Shown here: positions 16,347 to 20,000 of the stretch, in pieces | How positions within the stretch are numbered: position 1 is the first letter of the stretch | Layout of the letters: every line of letters begins with the position of its first letter | IMG/VR virus record: IMGVR_UViG_3300042561_001850 | Source of the DNA: an uncultured virus (IMG/VR IMGVR_UViG_3300042561_001850) | Taxonomy: Duplodnaviria; Heunggongvirae; Uroviricota; Caudoviricetes | Direction: 5' to 3' (one strand) | DNA: 20,000 nt | The notes under the pieces: model-generated | Told to the model about the DNA's origin: nothing | What the model saw: only the letters and a program-made list of their open reading frames with translations | Database searches by the model: none | Position numbers and translations under genes: made by a program

Positions 16347-17001
16347 TGTTGTTTAGCCATTGATTTAGTGCGGCGGTACGCAACATTTCATTTTCGGCCA
16401 TCGGCAGCCTAAATATCGGGGCGGATTCCGTACCATCTGGCAGCCGAAGCCGCGCCTGCTCCATTACGCCACCACCCGGCGCAGAACCAGCGTAGACCCA
16501 CCCCATCAGGGTGACGGATTGCATAACGGCTCTGGCTATCCCAACAGTTTCCTCTGTCACCTTCACTCCATTCGCCTCGGCCCAGGACGGGGATCGAAAG
16601 GTCTGGGAAAGGATCCTAGCTTTTGTTGCCGACGACAACAGCCCCATTGCTTCGACGCTGTCGAACATTGCTGCAACTTGGCCTGCATCCATTTCCGGAG
16701 AAACTTGCTGATTTCTATCTACAGCGTCCAGCATCGTCAATATGACGGCAATTGCTTGAGTCGATAGCCTAATCGCCGTGCCGCCTGGTGCCAAGTCTGC
16801 CGGTATCTCCTTTTGCTCCGCCACGATTCGCAGTATGGCAAGCTCACCGGTTAGCGCCGCATGTACCGCGATGTCAGGACAAGAAAACGGCACCCGAACA
16901 GGGGGTAGGTCAGGGTCCGGAGCGTTCAACGCGGCCACCACCTGCGCATCGTTCAGCCCGGTCATATCCGACTGTTGAAGGCGTTCACTCAACGTCGCCA
17001 T
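16327..17001 (-). CDS. Hypothetical phage protein (possible fibre chaperone/assembly factor)
   Basis: 224-aa ORF with an ATG start, overlapping the next gene by 20 bp within a tight co-oriented cassette. Confidence 0.65.
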   Translation of the reverse strand: MATLSERLQQSDMTGLNDAQVVAALNAPDPDLPPVRVPFSCPDIAVHAALTGELAILRIVAEQKEIPADLAPGGTAIRLSTQAIAVILTMLDAVDRNQQVSPEMDAGQVAAMFDSVEAMGLLSSATKARILSQTFRSPSWAEANGVKVTEETVGIARAVMQSVTLMGWVYAGSAPGGGVMEQARLRLPDGTESAPIFRLPMAENEMLRTAALNQWLNNNADLLY

Positions 17002-17043
17002 TTTTCACACCGATAGGCATGTGCTGACAGAGCGAAGAAAACA

Positions 17044-17484
17044 TTATTCCTCGGTGATTACAGTGGCCGTGGTTAAGCGCGGTGTCACGCCCGGAGCTAT
17101 AGAAATGTTTGGGTTGATCGTTCCTTTGTAAAGCACCATAAAAGCGCCCGTAGATGCAACGCCAACCGCAAAATGCGTAGCATTCCCAGTACCTACCGTA
17201 CAGATCGGAAAATCGACATTCGCTGCAGGACTTACCGAGTTGTCCGTCACGGTGAATCCTGCGTTACCGTTCCGCGAAACACCGACGCGGGCATAGCCGG
17301 TATAGGTCACCTCGTTGGTGGCCTGCGTGCCCACCTCACCGGGATCTGCACTGTGCAATGAAAAGAAGAGCTGCCCCGCTGCTACCGAGCCACGTAATCC
17401 GGTCGCGTCCCCGATATTGGGAATTCCTATATTTTGAAACACCAATTGCAGCCACGCTGTTTCAAAAGCATTTGATTTGGACAT
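17044..17484 (-). CDS. Phage structural / fibre-associated protein
   Basis: 'MSKSNAFE...L', 'SLHSADPGE.GTQ.TNEV.YTGYARV.V.R', 'FP.CT.G...ATHF.VG' is a pattern I recall from genes preceding fibre genes in many phages. Confidence 0.72.
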   Translation of the reverse strand: MSKSNAFETAWLQLVFQNIGIPNIGDATGLRGSVAAGQLFFSLHSADPGEVGTQATNEVTYTGYARVGVSRNGNAGFTVTDNSVSPAANVDFPICTVGTGNATHFAVGVASTGAFMVLYKGTINPNISIAPGVTPRLTTATVITEE

Positions 17485-17707
17485 TTTGATCTTCTGTTTT
17501 TAGCGGCACGCCGCGTCGATGGATGAAGGCGGACCTAACTGGTGTTGCCTTAGGTTTTTGCGGCGGCCAGGTCTACAGCATTTTACCGACTTCTGCCCAG
17601 CTGGGCCGGGCATCTACCGGCCAGGGACGCAACGGCAGCTGATTTCTTGAGAGGATCAAGCCCCCGGTGGGCTAACTGATGAAGGTTGAAGCTCAATCGG
17701 ACCAAGC

Positions 17708-17933
17708 AAGTCACAAATTAGGCACCAGCCAGGCCAAACTACTTGCCAGACCTAGCAGTTGCGCAAACTCATAATTCGCCTTAGCCGAGTTCGATCCTCG
17801 GGACCCCCATCTCAAAAACCATAGTCAGGACAAGGGATCTCATCTAGCGAAGGCCGTCCAGCCGGGCCTTCAGAAGGCACAAAAAGGCCTGAAAAGGCCG
17901 ATAAGGGGCCAAAGTAGGCACGCTTTTAGGCAC
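17708..17933 (+). promoter_or_regulatory. Candidate integrase arm-type binding sites flanking the att core
   Basis: aagtcac 17708-17714 and taggcac 17719-17725 lie left of the core. aaggcac 17874-17880, taggcac 17915-17921 and taggcac 17927-17933 lie right of it. Confidence 0.55.
17766..17809 (+). other. att core: 3' half of a tRNA with CAU anticodon (tRNA-Ile2/Met type), not a complete tRNA
   Basis: Anticodon loop ctCATaa at 17768-17774, 3' stem ttcgc, T-arm ccgag-ttcgatc-ctcgg at 17785-17801, acceptor strand gaccccc-a at 17802-17809. There is no complementary 5' acceptor strand or D-arm upstream, and the 5' anticodon stem is mismatched (gcaaa). Confidence 0.85.
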
Positions 17934-17938
17934 GGCCG

Positions 17939-19045
17939 ATGCCTCCCAAGGACCCGTATCTCTCCCGCGTCAACCATGCCCTCCGCGCTCTGGGAGCAAG
18001 CGTGTCGATTGAGGTCTCCCCGTCCGGCGGCAGGCTGCGGTTGCGGGCCACCCTGCCAATGGCAGATGGCACCTGGAAGCAACGCCGAATCGCCACCGCC
18101 TTTCCTTATCCCGCTGGGATTGACCAAGCCCGGGAGCTGGCCGAGCAGCTGGGCCAGGACATCGAGCTGCATCGCCGCGGCCTTCAGCCGTTCCCTTTTG
18201 ACCGCTGGGCCCAGGCTGGTGCCGGATCGAGCAACTGTGCTGCCCGGGAAAGCATCAGCGGGCATGAAGCGATTCGGCGGACCGAGATCTGGTGGCACGA
18301 ACGGCGCCAGCGTGGCCCGAAATCGGCGGTGAGCTGGGCGACTGCCTACGGGGGGCCGCTGCGGCCACTGCTGCAGCAGCAGGATGTGACGCTCAACATT
18401 CTGCGAGCCTTGGTGGCAAGCAAGCCTGTTGGTGGGTGCGCAAGGCGCAAGGCGGCATTGGCAGCGACGGCTGTGGCGCAGGCCCTGGCAATGGGCATGG
18501 AGGCTGTGCAAGAGCTGCGGGATCTCGGGAAGGGCTACAGCCCCTCGAAGGCGCGGCCGCGCAGCTTGCCCGATGACCAGGTGATCATCGATGCGATAGA
18601 TGGAATGCCCGCCAATTGGCAGTGGGTCGCCGGCATCTGCGCCACCTATGGCACCCGCCCCCACGAGGCCCTGCTGATGGCCTGTGTCGAACGCAATGGT
18701 CTGGCGGTGATCCGGGCGGGAAAAACTGGTGCTCGAAAGAGCCTGCCGCTGCCGAAAGCCTGGATCGAGCGATGGAACCTCCAGGAGCAACGGCTGCCAG
18801 CAATTAACTTCGAACGGGACAGCCGAACCGTGGGGTCGCAGCTGGCGGTAGCCTTTCGCCGGTTCCAAGTGCCGTTTCAGCCGTACGACCTTCGCCATGC
18901 CTGGGCGGTGCGGGCCATCTCCAACCCGCAGATCAGCCCATCGCTGGCAGCCAAGAGCCTGGGCCATTCCTTGATGGTCCACACCACGCTGTACCAGCGT
19001 TATTTCGACAATGACTCAATGGCATCACTTGTGGCGCAGATGTGA
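17939..19045 (+). CDS. Tyrosine recombinase / phage integrase (cyanobacterial type)
   Basis: Catalytic R in 'TYGTRPHE', K in 'KTG', 'YDLRHAWAVR', 'LGHS', Y in 'HTTLYQRY'. The N-terminal 'RLRLRATLP...WKQRRI' looks like an arm-binding domain. Adjacent to the tRNA fragment. Confidence 0.93.
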   Translation: MPPKDPYLSRVNHALRALGASVSIEVSPSGGRLRLRATLPMADGTWKQRRIATAFPYPAGIDQARELAEQLGQDIELHRRGLQPFPFDRWAQAGAGSSNCAARESISGHEAIRRTEIWWHERRQRGPKSAVSWATAYGGPLRPLLQQQDVTLNILRALVASKPVGGCARRKAALAATAVAQALAMGMEAVQELRDLGKGYSPSKARPRSLPDDQVIIDAIDGMPANWQWVAGICATYGTRPHEALLMACVERNGLAVIRAGKTGARKSLPLPKAWIERWNLQEQRLPAINFERDSRTVGSQLAVAFRRFQVPFQPYDLRHAWAVRAISNPQISPSLAAKSLGHSLMVHTTLYQRYFDNDSMASLVAQM

Positions 19046-19081
19046 GGCATAGCCCTCTACATTGACTTCCCTGTGCCTGCT

Positions 19082-19999
19082 TCAGCCGGCCAGGTTGCGA
19101 AAACGGGTAAACATAGGCTCAAACAGCAATTTGACCGTCCCCACCGGGCCATTGCGGTGCTTGGCCACAATCACTTCGGTGATGCCGCGGTCGGCCGTTT
19201 CTGGGTTGTAGTACTCATCGCGGTAGATCATCAGCACCAGATCGGCATCCTGTTCAATCGAGCCCGATTCCCGTAGATCACTGAGCATGGGCCGTTTGTT
19301 GGTGCGAGCCTCGACGCCACGGCTGAGCTGGGACAAGGCCATCACGGGCACATTGAGTTCGCGGGCCATGCCCTTGAGGCCCCGGGTGATACGCGAGAGA
19401 TCCTGCACCCGGTTATCTGGGGTCGAGCCCTCCATCAGCTGCAGGTAATCGATCATCACCAGTCCCAATTCCTTGCCCGTTTCAGCCATCAGGCGCCGAC
19501 AAAGGGAGCGCATCTCCAACACACCGGCATTGGGTTTGTCATCAAGGAACAACGGCAGCTGGTTGAGGGTGCTGATGGCGTTTCCCAGCAAAGGCCATTC
19601 CTCGGGTTGGAGACGGCCGGTGCGGAGTCGGCCGCTTTCGATGCCCACCTCCATCGACAGCAAGCGATAGGTGAGTTGCTCCTTACTCATTTCCAGACTG
19701 AACACAGCCACCGGCAACTGGTGCAACTGGGCCACGTTTTTGGCGATATTCAGCACGATCGAGGTTTTACCCATGGCGGGCCGACCCGCCACGATGATCA
19801 AATCGCTGCGCTGCAGGCCCTGGGTGATGGCATCGAGGTCGTAGAAGTTGACCGGGATGCCGGCGACGGCGGAGCCGAGGGAGCGGCTCTCAATCTCATT
19901 GAAGGTGCTTGTGAGAATCTCGGCGGTGGGAACCAAGCCCACACTGGGCTTTTCCTGACTGATGGCAAAAATCTTCTGCTCGGCCTCGTCGAGCACCTG
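19082..19999 (-). CDS. dnaB: Replicative DNA helicase DnaB, C-terminal part (5' end outside the window)
   Basis: Walker A 'AGRPAMGKT', 'FSLEMS', 'IDYLQL', 'LSQLSR', 'KRPMLSDLRESGSIEQDAD', 'AKHRNGPVG'. Cyanobacterial-style sequence. Confidence 0.97.
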   Translation of the reverse strand, partial: QVLDEAEQKIFAISQEKPSVGLVPTAEILTSTFNEIESRSLGSAVAGIPVNFYDLDAITQGLQRSDLIIVAGRPAMGKTSIVLNIAKNVAQLHQLPVAVFSLEMSKEQLTYRLLSMEVGIESGRLRTGRLQPEEWPLLGNAISTLNQLPLFLDDKPNAGVLEMRSLCRRLMAETGKELGLVMIDYLQLMEGSTPDNRVQDLSRITRGLKGMARELNVPVMALSQLSRGVEARTNKRPMLSDLRESGSIEQDADLVLMIYRDEYYNPETADRGITEVIVAKHRNGPVGTVKLLFEPMFTRFRNLAG

Positions 20000-20000
20000 C

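Larger units (their letters stand above)
1..19045. mobile_element. Lambda-like temperate (pro)phage: tail module, accessory region, att site and integrase
   Basis: Gene order H-M-M'-L-K-(insert)-I-J-fibres, then a tRNA-derived att core and an integrase. The boundaries are not resolved in this window. Confidence 0.9.

Noticed and set aside
13135..17700. Invertible (Gin/Cin or shufflon-type) tail-fibre segment
   Set aside because: No inverted repeats were seen at the cassette ends, no serine invertase is present, and the genes are full-length with their own starts. A computational repeat search would be needed to exclude it fully.
17670..17700. Hammerhead ribozyme suggested by ctgatga...gaag
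   Set aside because: There is no stem II and no GAAA core in the right place, and no flanking helices were found.
17735..17809. Complete functional tRNA-Met/Ile2 gene
   Set aside because: There is no 5' strand complementary to gaccccc, no D-arm, and the anticodon stem is mismatched. It is treated as an att core fragment.
697..18982. Long antisense or alternate-frame ORFs (e.g. 697-1725, 9130-10044, 15390-16292, 17870-18982)
   Set aside because: They shadow well-supported genes on the other strand in GC-rich DNA and have no recognisable motifs.
19082..19999. DnaB intein
   Set aside because: The common insertion points (GK/T in Walker A and RESG/SIEQ) are uninterrupted.

Overview
This window is the tail and attachment end of a lambda-like (siphovirus-type) temperate phage or prophage. 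The host is most likely a picocyanobacterium (Synechococcus/Cyanobium-like), judged from the DnaB, integrase and tRNA(CAU) sequence styles. The + strand carries the end of a tape-measure gene with an embedded degenerate M23-like domain, two tandem gpM-like genes, gpL and gpK. An inserted block follows (KilA-N gene on the - strand, palindrome and repeat clusters, a small membrane ORF), then gpI, a gpJ split into two ORFs inside an FN3 domain, two fibre/receptor-binding genes and two small membrane (holin-like) genes. Next is a 4.3-kb five-gene fibre-like cassette on the opposite strand. It is followed by a 3'-half tRNA(CAU) att core with repeated (T/A)AGGCAC arm-like sites on both sides, a tyrosine integrase and a convergent host-like dnaB running off the window. 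The most notable points are the attP-like arrangement (which would put dnaB on the mobile element), the inverted accessory fibre cassette, and the palindrome cluster tied to the KilA-N gene. All family assignments come from motif recognition by eye; no database searches were run.
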